Source: a candidate division WOR-3 bacterium (GTDB lineage: Bacteria; Hydrothermota; Hydrothermia; LBFQ01). Taken from it: a stretch of 43,673 nt of DNA. Positions 9,371 through 18,348 of the stretch are shown here, in pieces; position 1 is the stretch's first letter, and every line of letters begins with the position of its first letter. A model generated the notes under the pieces. That model did not search any database, was not told the DNA's origin, and was given only the letters and a program-made list of their open reading frames with translations. The translations under genes were made by a program, and so were the position numbers. The DNA is taken from NCBI GenBank assembly GCA_027050205.1, contig JALUCS010000063.1, positions 1-43,673 on the forward strand. Direction: 5' to 3'.

Positions 9371-9394
9371 ATGATCAAACTCACCGTAGAGCCT
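9371..9394 (+). repeat. Direct repeat, right copy (intact cmr3 start)
   Basis: ATGATCAAACTCACCGTAGAGCCT. Confidence 0.9.
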
Positions 9395-10477
9395 TACGAC
9401 GTCCTCTTCTTTGGCTCTGGCAAACCCTTCAACATGGGGGATGTGGCAAAGAGCCTTTACCTCCCGATGCCTCACACTGTAGCCGGAGCCGTAAGCGCCT
9501 TTGTGTATGAAAACCTTGATAAAATTCCCTTCATATCCGCCATATACGGGCCGTTTCTGGAGTACGAGGGGACCATCTACGTCCCGGCCCCTGCCAACCT
9601 TTTAACGGGACGAAAAGGTGGGGGTGGAGTCTTCCTAAGCTTCCCCGAAGGCGGCTTCAGACTTCTAAACATAGGAAACACGAACGTTAAGGGGGTTAAA
9701 AAGCTCTTCTTCTACCGCGGAAGGGAGAAAGTTGAGGGCTTTCAGGGGTTTATATCCTTAGAAGCCCTGAAGGAGTATATACAGCATGGGAAAATCAAAT
9801 TCAACAAGGACGACGAAAAAGAGAAGGATAAGATCAAAACGTTGGGCGACCTCGTCCTAAGCGAGGGGCGGGTGGGTATAAAACTCTCACCCGAAAGCGG
9901 CACCACGGACGAAAACGCCCTATATCGCATATGGTTCAGTAGGTTTAAGAAAAACGTCCGTTTAGTTCTTTGGCTCAAATTTGGCGATAAGGATGGATTC
10001 GCCCCTTCCGAGGCGGTTATAAAGCTCCTCCGGGAGACCGCGAAGGCCGGAGTGATGAAGTTGGGCGGGGAGATGCGGATGGTCAGATTTGCGGCCGAGG
10101 AAGGCGACCCCCACTCCGTATTCGGCGGAATATCCGAGTGTAAAGAGGACATGGTTTGCAACGTCCTCTTCCTAACCCCCGGAGTCTACGGCACATGGAA
10201 CCCCTTCGGTGAGGTTGAGGCGGCGGCCGTCCCCGGCTACGTACCCGTTGGGATAAATTTGAAGTATATGGGAAATCTCAAGAACACCATCAGACGCGCC
10301 ATTCCCGGCGGTAGCGTCTTCTTCGGCGTTAAACTATCGTCCGTGGAGGGTAATCCGGGGTTCTTAACCGTAGATAATGGGGACGTTAAGGTCGTAAAGG
10401 AGTACAACGGTTTTGTTCCCTACATCGGTGGGGGACAGGTTCTGCTATGGAGGTACGAAAACGGAGGTAGAAAATGA
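9371..10477 (+). CDS. cmr3: Type III-B Cmr3
   Basis: EPYDVLFFGSGKPF, PMPHTVAGA, RVGI, KLGGEMR, LTPG, AIPGGSVF. An alternative in-frame ATG at 9350 has a strong GGAGGTGG SD. Confidence 0.9.
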   Translation: MIKLTVEPYDVLFFGSGKPFNMGDVAKSLYLPMPHTVAGAVSAFVYENLDKIPFISAIYGPFLEYEGTIYVPAPANLLTGRKGGGGVFLSFPEGGFRLLNIGNTNVKGVKKLFFYRGREKVEGFQGFISLEALKEYIQHGKIKFNKDDEKEKDKIKTLGDLVLSEGRVGIKLSPESGTTDENALYRIWFSRFKKNVRLVLWLKFGDKDGFAPSEAVIKLLRETAKAGVMKLGGEMRMVRFAAEEGDPHSVFGGISECKEDMVCNVLFLTPGVYGTWNPFGEVEAAAVPGYVPVGINLKYMGNLKNTIRRAIPGGSVFFGVKLSSVEGNPGFLTVDNGDVKVVKEYNGFVPYIGGGQVLLWRYENGGRK

Positions 10478-11421
10478 AGGCCAAACTTTTGACGTTTAGG
10501 ACGCTTACTCCCCTGCACGTGGGGAGTGGAACGAGCGTCTCGTACATAGACCTCCCTATCGCAAGGGAGAGGCACACCGACTACCCCGTCATACCGGGGA
10601 GCGGTATAAAGGGCGTAATCCGAGACGTTGCGACGAGGAAGAATGTAAAAAACCCCTGCTCGGTCAAAGACGTCTTCGGACCAGAACCCGGCTCTAAAGA
10701 TCTCCACGCTTCCCTCGCGGCTTTTACGGATGCCAAGATCCTCTTCTATCCCGTCAGATCCCTGCGAGGTGTCTTTGCCTTGATCACGTCTCCCTACGTC
10801 TTAAGGAGGTTCGCCGAGGATATGAGGTCCGCCATGGGACAGAATGAAATTTGGGAGGACGTACCTGATGTTTCCGACACTGATGCTATGGTGAATGGTA
10901 ATTCCTTAACATTTAAAAATCGCTACGTTATCTTTGAAGAGTTCCGTTTTGATACTGTTCGTGATATGGGGTTTTTCAAATACTTTGAATCTGAACTGTT
11001 TAGATCCTTCCTCACCGACGAAGACATCAAGCGGATCGCCATAGTCTCGAACGACGTCTTCCGGGACATGGTGAAGTATGCCGTTGAGGTACGCACCCGC
11101 ATACGGATAGATCAGGCTAAGGGAACGGTGGAAGGTGGCGCCCTCTTCTCCCTTGAGATGGTCCCCTCCGAGGCCATATTCTACTCTTTCGTCTTCACGA
11201 AGAGCCTTAACAGTGGATCGTCCTGCAACGCCGAGAACGCTATGAAGCTCATAGAAGAGATTCTCCCGGATGACAGCGTCCTTCAGGTGGGCGGCGACGA
11301 GACCGTAGGCCTTGGCTTCGTAAAGGTTAAAACGTATCCTCCTCCGGGTAAAACCGAGGGTGCGGGCGGAGAGGATAAAGGTCCAGGCAACGGCACAACG
11401 GCGGAGGTTAAAGATGAGTAA
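10474..11421 (+). CDS. cmr4: Type III-B Cmr4 (target RNA cleavage subunit)
   Basis: TPLHVGSG, IDLPIARE (catalytic Asp position retained), IPGSGIKG, QVGGDETVGLG. Confidence 0.96.
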   Translation: MKAKLLTFRTLTPLHVGSGTSVSYIDLPIARERHTDYPVIPGSGIKGVIRDVATRKNVKNPCSVKDVFGPEPGSKDLHASLAAFTDAKILFYPVRSLRGVFALITSPYVLRRFAEDMRSAMGQNEIWEDVPDVSDTDAMVNGNSLTFKNRYVIFEEFRFDTVRDMGFFKYFESELFRSFLTDEDIKRIAIVSNDVFRDMVKYAVEVRTRIRIDQAKGTVEGGALFSLEMVPSEAIFYSFVFTKSLNSGSSCNAENAMKLIEEILPDDSVLQVGGDETVGLGFVKVKTYPPPGKTEGAGGEDKGPGNGTTAEVKDE

Positions 11422-11848
11422 GATAGACTTTAAAACCCTGAATCAGGATCGGGCGAAGTTCGCTTCAAAGAAGATCCAAGCTGTTATCAAACGACAGTTA
11501 AAGTTCAAGAATAAAAAAGGCCAAGAAAAAACAGCCGACAAAAAGAAGTTCGCCACGTACGCCAAAAGACTCCCCGCCCTCATCATAACCAACGGCCTCC
11601 TCCCGACCCTCGCCTTCCTCGCTTCCAAAGACGAGTCAAGGGCCGTCTACGAAACTCTCGTGGGATGGCTTCAAAAAGAAGGGTTTATATGCTCAAAAGA
11701 TAAGTACGACGCCATAGAAGAGGTTGCAAATATTAGCGCCTTGGATCTCCGCGCCATCACGACCGAAGCGCTCGCCTTCGCAGACTGGCTGAAACGCCTG
11801 TCCGAGGCTTATCTTAGCGACGAAGAGGGCGATGGTCAAGAATCCTGA
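11414..11848 (+). CDS. cmr5: Type III-B Cmr5 small subunit
   Basis: KTLNQDRAKFA, LPALIITNGLLPTLAFL, TEALAFADWLKR. ATG 11414 follows GGAGG. Confidence 0.92.
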   Translation: MSKIDFKTLNQDRAKFASKKIQAVIKRQLKFKNKKGQEKTADKKKFATYAKRLPALIITNGLLPTLAFLASKDESRAVYETLVGWLQKEGFICSKDKYDAIEEVANISALDLRAITTEALAFADWLKRLSEAYLSDEEGDGQES

Positions 11849-12071
11849 ACTCCTACGCCGCTTTGAGAGGGAGATGATCCGTCGCAGCAAACTCACCCCG
11901 GAGGAGGTCTGGGAGCTGTACGACCACATGCTCGCGTGGGCCAAGGAGATCGGCGTTTTCCCGCCGAAGGACCCTCTTGAGGGCATAGAGGTTGATATAA
12001 AGATAGCGAGGGTTCTAAATGCGGTTAAAGGAACTCCTTTGGAGGATAGCGAAGATGATGGAGACGCTTAA
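11832..12071 (+). CDS. Small protein of the type usually preceding a nucleotidyltransferase (putative antitoxin)
   Basis: 79 aa with GVFPPKDPLEGIEVDIKIARVLN; overlaps the NTase-like remnant. Confidence 0.55.
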   Translation: MVKNPELLRRFEREMIRRSKLTPEEVWELYDHMLAWAKEIGVFPPKDPLEGIEVDIKIARVLNAVKGTPLEDSEDDGDA

Positions 12072-12234
12072 CGTACCCTATATGATAATCGGCGGCCAGA
12101 GCGTTGCCGCTTATGGAGGACCGAGATCCCCAAGGAACGAGGTATATATAAACGCCTCAAACATCCGTACCGACGAGGTTCCGGCCAACGCCGATGGGTG
12201 GGGACGCTTGAGAAACAAGGAGGAATTGAAATGA
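12019..12234 (+). pseudogene. Truncated nucleotidyltransferase (DUF6036/AbiEii-like) remnant
   Basis: PYMIIGGQSVAAYGGPRS matches the NTase N-terminal motif, but the expected DxD is absent and the ORF stops at 71 aa. Confidence 0.6.
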
Positions 12235-13478
12235 GAAGGGGAAGGAGACGGCACAACAATAGAGGGCCAAACAATCGGCAGCCAAGAGAGTACAGGTTAG
12301 AAACTAATATGATAATCGGGAACAAAACAGTTGGAACGCCGGTAAGTATAGAAACCGATATAAGCAAAATTAACGATAACGAAATTGTAAGGAAAATTAG
12401 ACAAACGCTAAAAGATCAACTCCCTAAAAAATTCAACGACCTAAGCCCCTCAAACCTATCCTTACTCTTATCAAAATTCCTGCTTGTCTCGGCCTTTGAA
12501 GTCAGCATAAGGGATACGCAGAACCGAGGCTCTACCAGAAGTGTGAAGCGGCTATACGAGAATTTCAAAGCCACCTACCTTAAGGCTGTGCTGGAGCATG
12601 GAGAGGTGTTTGAGGAGATGAAAGCCGCATCCTCCAAACTGGAGGAGGCTGTACGGCTGATAAAAGACAACCTAACCAAAAATTACAGGTTTGAGGAGGT
12701 TCTTGATAAGGATTACACCACCTCCTCCCGCCTCATCGTTGGCCTCGGTGCAGCCCACGCCCTTGAGACCTCCATAACCCTTCACCACACCTACGGAATA
12801 CCCTACATTCCCGGCTCCTCCTTCAAGGGCGCCGTCCGAGCCGTAGCCTTCTGGAGGATAGTTGAGAAGTGGAAACACCTTGATGAGAAACGCATTCTTG
12901 ACGAAAAGGGACAAGATTTTATCATCTATATCACCCAAAAGGAAAACGGAAACCAAAAAAGTCCCCTTGAACAGCTACAAGACGCCTTCAACGGCTCCCC
13001 CATCTGGAGCGAAAAGAAACCCAAAATCTTAGAAGAACTTCCGGAGGAGGCTCAAAAACTCATCGCCCGCTACCAGCTATTGTTCGGAGTTGCGGGATTC
13101 AAGGGGCTTCTGACCTTCCTTGACGTTTATCCGAAGTTAGAGGGCGATGCCAAAGTACTTGAGATGGACGTTATGACACCTCATTATGCCCCGTATTATC
13201 GCGATCCACAAAATAACCTTCCCGCCGACTGGTACAATCCTACCCCTATACCGTTCCTGACGGTGAAGCCGGGGGTACCCTTCAGGGTGGTGGTCCTCTA
13301 CGACGAGTGGAGGGCCAGGCTACTCCAGAGCGACGAGGCTCTAAAGCCGTACGCAGGTCTCGTGAAAAACTTGGATGAGGCAAGAGAGGACGTAGAATCG
13401 CTTATAGAGGATGCCTTCACAGACCTTGGCATAGGGGCGAAGACGAGGCTCGGATACGGGAGGTTTAGGGATGCGTAA
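12231..13478 (+). CDS. cmr6: Type III-B Cmr6
   Basis: RLIVGLG, ETSITLHHTYGIPYIPGSSFKG, DVMTPHY, PTPIPFLTV, GIGAKTRLGYG. ATG 12231 follows GGAGG. Confidence 0.95.
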   Translation: MRRGRRRHNNRGPNNRQPREYRLETNMIIGNKTVGTPVSIETDISKINDNEIVRKIRQTLKDQLPKKFNDLSPSNLSLLLSKFLLVSAFEVSIRDTQNRGSTRSVKRLYENFKATYLKAVLEHGEVFEEMKAASSKLEEAVRLIKDNLTKNYRFEEVLDKDYTTSSRLIVGLGAAHALETSITLHHTYGIPYIPGSSFKGAVRAVAFWRIVEKWKHLDEKRILDEKGQDFIIYITQKENGNQKSPLEQLQDAFNGSPIWSEKKPKILEELPEEAQKLIARYQLLFGVAGFKGLLTFLDVYPKLEGDAKVLEMDVMTPHYAPYYRDPQNNLPADWYNPTPIPFLTVKPGVPFRVVVLYDEWRARLLQSDEALKPYAGLVKNLDEAREDVESLIEDAFTDLGIGAKTRLGYGRFRDA

Positions 13479-14925
13479 GATCCTCATCCTCCCTTGGGGG
13501 AGTCCTTGGGGCTGGAAAACGGTTAAGTACGCCTACGAAGGGAACAGTCTCCTTTCAAAGACCACCCTTCCCCTGCTTTACGAGGTCATAAATCCTGATA
13601 GAGCAGTGATAATAGCCCTTGATTCACTGGCGAAGCAGGGGGAGAACTACAGAGAAATCAAACACAACGCCAGAACAGATATTCTGCACTTTCTATGTCT
13701 GAACTCCCCACAGGTTCCAAACGAAAAGGTGGAGGTTGTAATATCCTACTCCGTCGGTAAGTTTAGAAATGCCCCCTTCTCCTTTGATAGGGACCTATCG
13801 GACTTCTACCCCCACATCCTGTGGGAACTTGGGAAGCATATCTGGGATGTCGCTAAAGGCTCGGATAAAGTTGAAATTTACCTTGACCTCACCCACGGCC
13901 TCAACTTCATGCCCACTCTCGTATATAGGGCGGTACGTAAGCTCGGAAGCATCCTCTCACTGACGAAAGACGTCAGACTCGTCGTCCTCAACAGCGAACC
14001 GTTCCATGCCGAGGGGCAGGAGAGCCACATACACACCGTTTCGGACGTCTATCTTAGGCCCTACTTCCTGATAAGGAGGATTGCCAAAGATATTGGGGAT
14101 GACGGCAGTAATACGAAGTTCCTCGTTGATAGGAACGATAACAATAACGGGATCTCGGCGAAGGCCCTGGGCTTTCCAAATATAACGGAACTGGATGCGT
14201 TCTCCGCCTCCGTACAGAACGGGTTCCCGGTGGGAATATTCCACTTCTTCCCGGATACCATTACCTTGGAAAGGGCTATAATAAGCACTTTCCGGGCGTA
14301 TGAAAGTAAGACCAAACTGGACAGAGAAGAGGTGAGAGCTAAATATCGTTTTGAAGGAAAGTTCTCAAATGTTCTTCAGGTATATTTCCTTTCTAAGGTG
14401 ATTTCTGAAAAGATACCCGATTATGGCGACCAATGGAACTTCAAGGGTGATGGGGTTAAATGGGAGGATGTTAAAAACTTAGTGAAGGAAATTTATGAAA
14501 ACAAGCTTGAGAGGTTAAATGCTATAATCAAGCAGCAGATAGATAAAACAGATAAGGTTATAAAATCATATGAGAATGAATGGAAAAGTCTCTTTACTGC
14601 TTGCTCTAATAGGGTTTGGATACCGCAGATATACGATGGGGAGAATAGGTTTAACAAAGATAAAAACAGTGCATATAAAAAATTGAAAGATTTTTCATGT
14701 TCCTGTGTTAATGATCAAAAGCAGAACAGAAAACCTTCGGTTATGAAAAGACACTTCATCGCCCATTCCGGCTTGATTCACGGTACGTACATGGTGTCCG
14801 TTCGGAATAATGAAATTTACGTTAGATATTGTGATAAAGTTGAGATACGAGAGGAGAAGAATCCAAACAAATTACTAAAAGATTACAACATTACCCGCCT
14901 CATCCAAGAAACCCTGGAGGAGTAG
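13471..14925 (+). CDS. csx1: Csx1 CARF-HEPN ribonuclease
   Basis: ILPWGSP N-terminus, DLTHGLNFM (DxTHG), and C-terminal RHFIAH (HEPN R-x4-H). Confidence 0.9.
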   Translation: MRKILILPWGSPWGWKTVKYAYEGNSLLSKTTLPLLYEVINPDRAVIIALDSLAKQGENYREIKHNARTDILHFLCLNSPQVPNEKVEVVISYSVGKFRNAPFSFDRDLSDFYPHILWELGKHIWDVAKGSDKVEIYLDLTHGLNFMPTLVYRAVRKLGSILSLTKDVRLVVLNSEPFHAEGQESHIHTVSDVYLRPYFLIRRIAKDIGDDGSNTKFLVDRNDNNNGISAKALGFPNITELDAFSASVQNGFPVGIFHFFPDTITLERAIISTFRAYESKTKLDREEVRAKYRFEGKFSNVLQVYFLSKVISEKIPDYGDQWNFKGDGVKWEDVKNLVKEIYENKLERLNAIIKQQIDKTDKVIKSYENEWKSLFTACSNRVWIPQIYDGENRFNKDKNSAYKKLKDFSCSCVNDQKQNRKPSVMKRHFIAHSGLIHGTYMVSVRNNEIYVRYCDKVEIREEKNPNKLLKDYNITRLIQETLEE

Positions 14926-14927
14926 CC

Positions 14928-15233
14928 ATGAACAGCCCCATAAAGTTCTCCTTAAACCTCAAGGAAGACAGGGCGATTTTGGAGTTTGAGCTGGCGAGAC
15001 CCCTAGTCCCCCATGACCTCAAGTTGGCCACCCCTCCCGACCCCGTCAAAATGGGCTTCGCAGACCGCCTACTCATAATCTCCGGCAGGGGGCCGATATG
15101 GTTCTACGGGTACCTCCTTGAGTACTACCACCCCGTCAAAGCCGTCGCCTTCTACGACCCTCGCCTCAACGGGGCCGTCGTAGTGGCGTCCCACACGCCG
15201 GAGTACGAGGTAGGAGAGCTGGTAAAACTTTAG
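14928..15233 (+). CDS. csx3: Csx3/Crn3 ring nuclease
   Basis: 101 aa with IISGRGPIWFYGYL..YH and YDPRLNGAVVVASH. Confidence 0.9.
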   Translation: MNSPIKFSLNLKEDRAILEFELARPLVPHDLKLATPPDPVKMGFADRLLIISGRGPIWFYGYLLEYYHPVKAVAFYDPRLNGAVVVASHTPEYEVGELVKL

Positions 15234-15239
15234 GGGGTT

Positions 15240-16337
15240 ATGGACGTCATAAGGAGGTGGGTCAGGAGGCTGGATCTGTGGAAGGCCACCTTTATGCTGG
15301 TGGTCAACGTCATCCTCATCCTCCCCCTTCCGAGGGTAAGTTCTTCTATCGCGATACTACCGATTTTAGGCGAATTTTTGTATAAAATTTGTCATATATA
15401 CAGCATTATACATTTTATATGCCTATTCTGCATCATCCTACTCCTAACCGCTTGCCTCCTGCTCAAGCGTCCCAACGTCAACTTCAGACGCATAGTCTCC
15501 TCCCTCCTCGGTGGAGACATCGGGACCCTCTTCGGGTGGGTGACGATGGTGTGGGCGGTCGTATATCTCGGATGGATTACGGACTACCTGCGGGAGGGTT
15601 ATCCTCTCGCCTCCGCCATATCGGCCGAGATGTTCCTCATAAACCTCCTGCTGTTCATGTGTCTGATGGCCAAACCGGAGATAAAGGGGTGGGGGAAGGT
15701 TGAGCCGGATCCGAAAAAGGTCCTTATCCTTCCCCTGTCAAATCCAAACTTGGATAGGCTAAGGGACGTACCAGAGGAAATTAGGAAAGAAATTAAGGAC
15801 AAAAAGGAATATTACACCGTCTTACGCTGTTTGATAGAACGCTTCGTTTATAACCGCGACAAGTGCCAGATAGGTCGTTGTACCGTTGAAGTATCCAAAT
15901 TTGACAGGTTCAACTGGAAGGTGGGCGCCCTATCAATTGCCCATCACTTTCCGGAGCTTGAGAGGGTATATTTGATAACCAGCGATAAGTCCAGCCCGTA
16001 CTTTGACGAATTCGCCAAGGGTGTCAGGGAATTTTTCAAGGCATCCGGTAGGAAGGGGATAGAGGTTGAAGAGGTCGGTCCTCTGGACTTTGACGACTAC
16101 CTCCAGATACTTCGGCGACTGGACGAAACTTTGATGAGGATAAACCGCCTTGGATACAGGGATACGGACATCTCCTTCAACATCTCCGGAGGGACGTCGG
16201 CCGTCACGGCGGCCATCATAATAGCGGCCGTCAAGGAGGGGAGACAGATTGAGTACCTTGAGCAGAGTACGGGAAGCAGGCTCCTGCGGATAGACGTCTC
16301 CTTCTTACAGGTGAAGGCATTCTTAGGTGAGGATTAA
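15240..16337 (+). CDS. Membrane protein with about 4 N-terminal TM helices and a C-terminal CARF-like domain (Cam1/Cam2-like effector)
   Basis: Four hydrophobic stretches in aa ~14-143, then KVLILPLS, RVYLITS, DFDD and ISFNISGGTSAVTAA (CARF-type). Last gene of the cmr operon. Confidence 0.7.
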   Translation: MDVIRRWVRRLDLWKATFMLVVNVILILPLPRVSSSIAILPILGEFLYKICHIYSIIHFICLFCIILLLTACLLLKRPNVNFRRIVSSLLGGDIGTLFGWVTMVWAVVYLGWITDYLREGYPLASAISAEMFLINLLLFMCLMAKPEIKGWGKVEPDPKKVLILPLSNPNLDRLRDVPEEIRKEIKDKKEYYTVLRCLIERFVYNRDKCQIGRCTVEVSKFDRFNWKVGALSIAHHFPELERVYLITSDKSSPYFDEFAKGVREFFKASGRKGIEVEEVGPLDFDDYLQILRRLDETLMRINRLGYRDTDISFNISGGTSAVTAAIIIAAVKEGRQIEYLEQSTGSRLLRIDVSFLQVKAFLGED

Positions 16338-16445
16338 TGGAAATGTGTGTCATTTTTGCAAAAATTTTGTTATAATACAACCTCATCCCGGCTCCGTACC
16401 GACTACGCATCCCCCGATGCCATCGTCCCGCTTACAATTCCCACC

Positions 16446-17900
16446 ATGGATAAGACGGTCAGGACGAGATTCGCCCCCTCACCGACAGGGTACCTCCACG
16501 TGGGCGGGGCCCGGACGGCCATATTCAACTACCTCTACTCCCGCCACACCGGTGGGAAGTTCCTCCTGCGGATAGAGGATACCGACAGGCAGAGGTACAA
16601 ACCGGAGTGGGTGGACGCTATACTTGAGGGCCTGAAGTGGCTCGGCCTTGATTGGGACGAGGACGTGGTCTTCCAGAGCGAGAGGCTCCAGAGGTACCGG
16701 GAGGTGGCCGAGGAGCTCATAAGGAGGGGGAAGGCCTACAAGTGCTACTGTACCCCGGAGGAGTTGGAAGCCGAGAGGGAGGAGGCCAGAAGGAAGGGCA
16801 TACCCTACAGGTACTCCCGCAAGTGCCTGCACCTGACGGAGGAGCAGAGGAGGAGGTACGAGGAAGAGGGACGCAAGCCCTCCATAAGGTTCTACGTCCC
16901 CGATAACCTTGACATAACCTTTTATGACCTCGTCCACGGGGACATAACCTACAACACCAACGACCTCGGCGGGGACTTCATAATCGTCAGGTCCGACGGT
17001 TTCCCCACGTACAACTTCGCGGTGGTGGTGGATGATCACGATATGGGGATGACCCACGTTATAAGAGGGGACGACCACATCCCCAACACCCCCAAGCAGA
17101 TCCTCATATACCAGGCTATGGGATGGGAGATACCGGAGTTTGCCCACCTCCCCATGATACTGGGACCCGACCGCCAGAAGCTCTCCAAGAGGCACGGCTC
17201 AACCTCCCTTGAGGAGTTCAGACTTCAGGGGGTGCTGCCGGAGGCCCTCTTCAACTACCTCCTTCTTCTCGGGTGGTCCCCCGGCGGGAACAGGGAGATA
17301 ATAAGCAGGGAGGAGGCCATAAGGCTCTTTGACATAAAGGACGTCAACAAGTCTGCCGCCGTCTTTGACCACAACAAGCTCTACTGGATGAACTCCGAGT
17401 ACATCCGCGCCCTTCCGGACGAGGAGCTTATCCGCCGGCTCAAGGAGTACAACGAGTACCTGAAGGGGAAAGGGCAGGGTTATCCCGTATCTGACGAGCA
17501 TCTACCTATCTTGGTCAGGCTCTTCAAGGAGAGGGCAAAGACCCTGAAGGACTTCTTTGAGTACGGGGTCTTCGTCTACAGGGAGGACTACCCCTACGAC
17601 CCGAAGGCCGTTAAAAAACGCCTGAAGGACCCCAATATCTTCACCTACCTGAAGGGTCTGGCGGATAGGCTGGAGGCCTTAAAGGAGTGGAAGGAGGAGA
17701 AGATTGAGGAGGTGCTACGGGCGTACGCCGACGAGCTGGGAGTGAAGCACGCCCTCCTCATCCACGGCAGTAGGGTCGCCGTCTCCGGCATGGCCGTTGG
17801 CCCCAGCCTCTTCCTCCTCCTTGAGGCTCTCGGCAAAGAGAAGGTCCTGCGGAGGTTGAGGGAGGTGGAGGAGAGGGTTAAGGCTGTGCGGGAAGGGTAG
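16446..17900 (+). CDS. gltX: Glutamate--tRNA ligase
   Basis: RFAPSPTGYLHVGG, RIEDTD, KLSKR. ATG 16446 lies 7 nt after TACAAT. Confidence 0.97.
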   Translation: MDKTVRTRFAPSPTGYLHVGGARTAIFNYLYSRHTGGKFLLRIEDTDRQRYKPEWVDAILEGLKWLGLDWDEDVVFQSERLQRYREVAEELIRRGKAYKCYCTPEELEAEREEARRKGIPYRYSRKCLHLTEEQRRRYEEEGRKPSIRFYVPDNLDITFYDLVHGDITYNTNDLGGDFIIVRSDGFPTYNFAVVVDDHDMGMTHVIRGDDHIPNTPKQILIYQAMGWEIPEFAHLPMILGPDRQKLSKRHGSTSLEEFRLQGVLPEALFNYLLLLGWSPGGNREIISREEAIRLFDIKDVNKSAAVFDHNKLYWMNSEYIRALPDEELIRRLKEYNEYLKGKGQGYPVSDEHLPILVRLFKERAKTLKDFFEYGVFVYREDYPYDPKAVKKRLKDPNIFTYLKGLADRLEALKEWKEEKIEEVLRAYADELGVKHALLIHGSRVAVSGMAVGPSLFLLLEALGKEKVLRRLREVEERVKAVREG

Positions 17901-17901
17901 C

Positions 17902-18348
17902 CTAAAAGCGTAGATACGGGCGTATCTTCTTGAGTTTCTTGGGGCCTATCCCCTTTACGTCCAGCAGATCCTCGGCCTTCCGGAAGGGTCCAAAACGTTT
18001 CCTATGCTCTATTATCCTCTTGGCCAACTTCGGGCCTATACCCGGTAGGGAAACCAGTTCGGAGATGCCAGCGTTGTTGATGTTGACGGGATGGGGCCTG
18101 CTACCCCGCCTCATATATAACTTACGCTCGTACAGGAAGTAGGTAGTATCAACCGGGGGGGACTCCCGCGGAGGGGAGACCTGCTCCGCCTCGTAGGTAC
18201 GGTAGTCCATAGGGCGGCCCGTACACCCGCGGTAGATGGAGTAGCCTATCCCTATCAACCCCAAAACTGCTACCACCATCGCCCCCTTAACCTCCGAAGG
18301 GGAGGGGGTTATTAGCGTCTTCAGGTATCCGAAGAGATCGCGACACAT
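17902..18348 (-). CDS. ComEA-family helix-hairpin-helix DNA-binding protein
   Basis: N-terminal TM helix, VNINNA, LPGIGPKLA and VKGIGPKK. Confidence 0.85.
   Translation of the reverse strand: MCRDLFGYLKTLITPSPSEVKGAMVVAVLGLIGIGYSIYRGCTGRPMDYRTYEAEQVSPPRESPPVDTTYFLYERKLYMRRGSRPHPVNINNAGISELVSLPGIGPKLAKRIIEHRKRFGPFRKAEDLLDVKGIGPKKLKKIRPYLRF

Noticed and set aside
8611..9384. 257-aa antisense ORF over the MTase
   Set aside because: Shadow frame of a well-supported gene, with no motifs.
16344..16384. Possible further copy of the 39-bp palindrome before gltX (also 23814-23849)
   Set aside because: Only one arm or a loose resemblance, and the spacing is not conserved.
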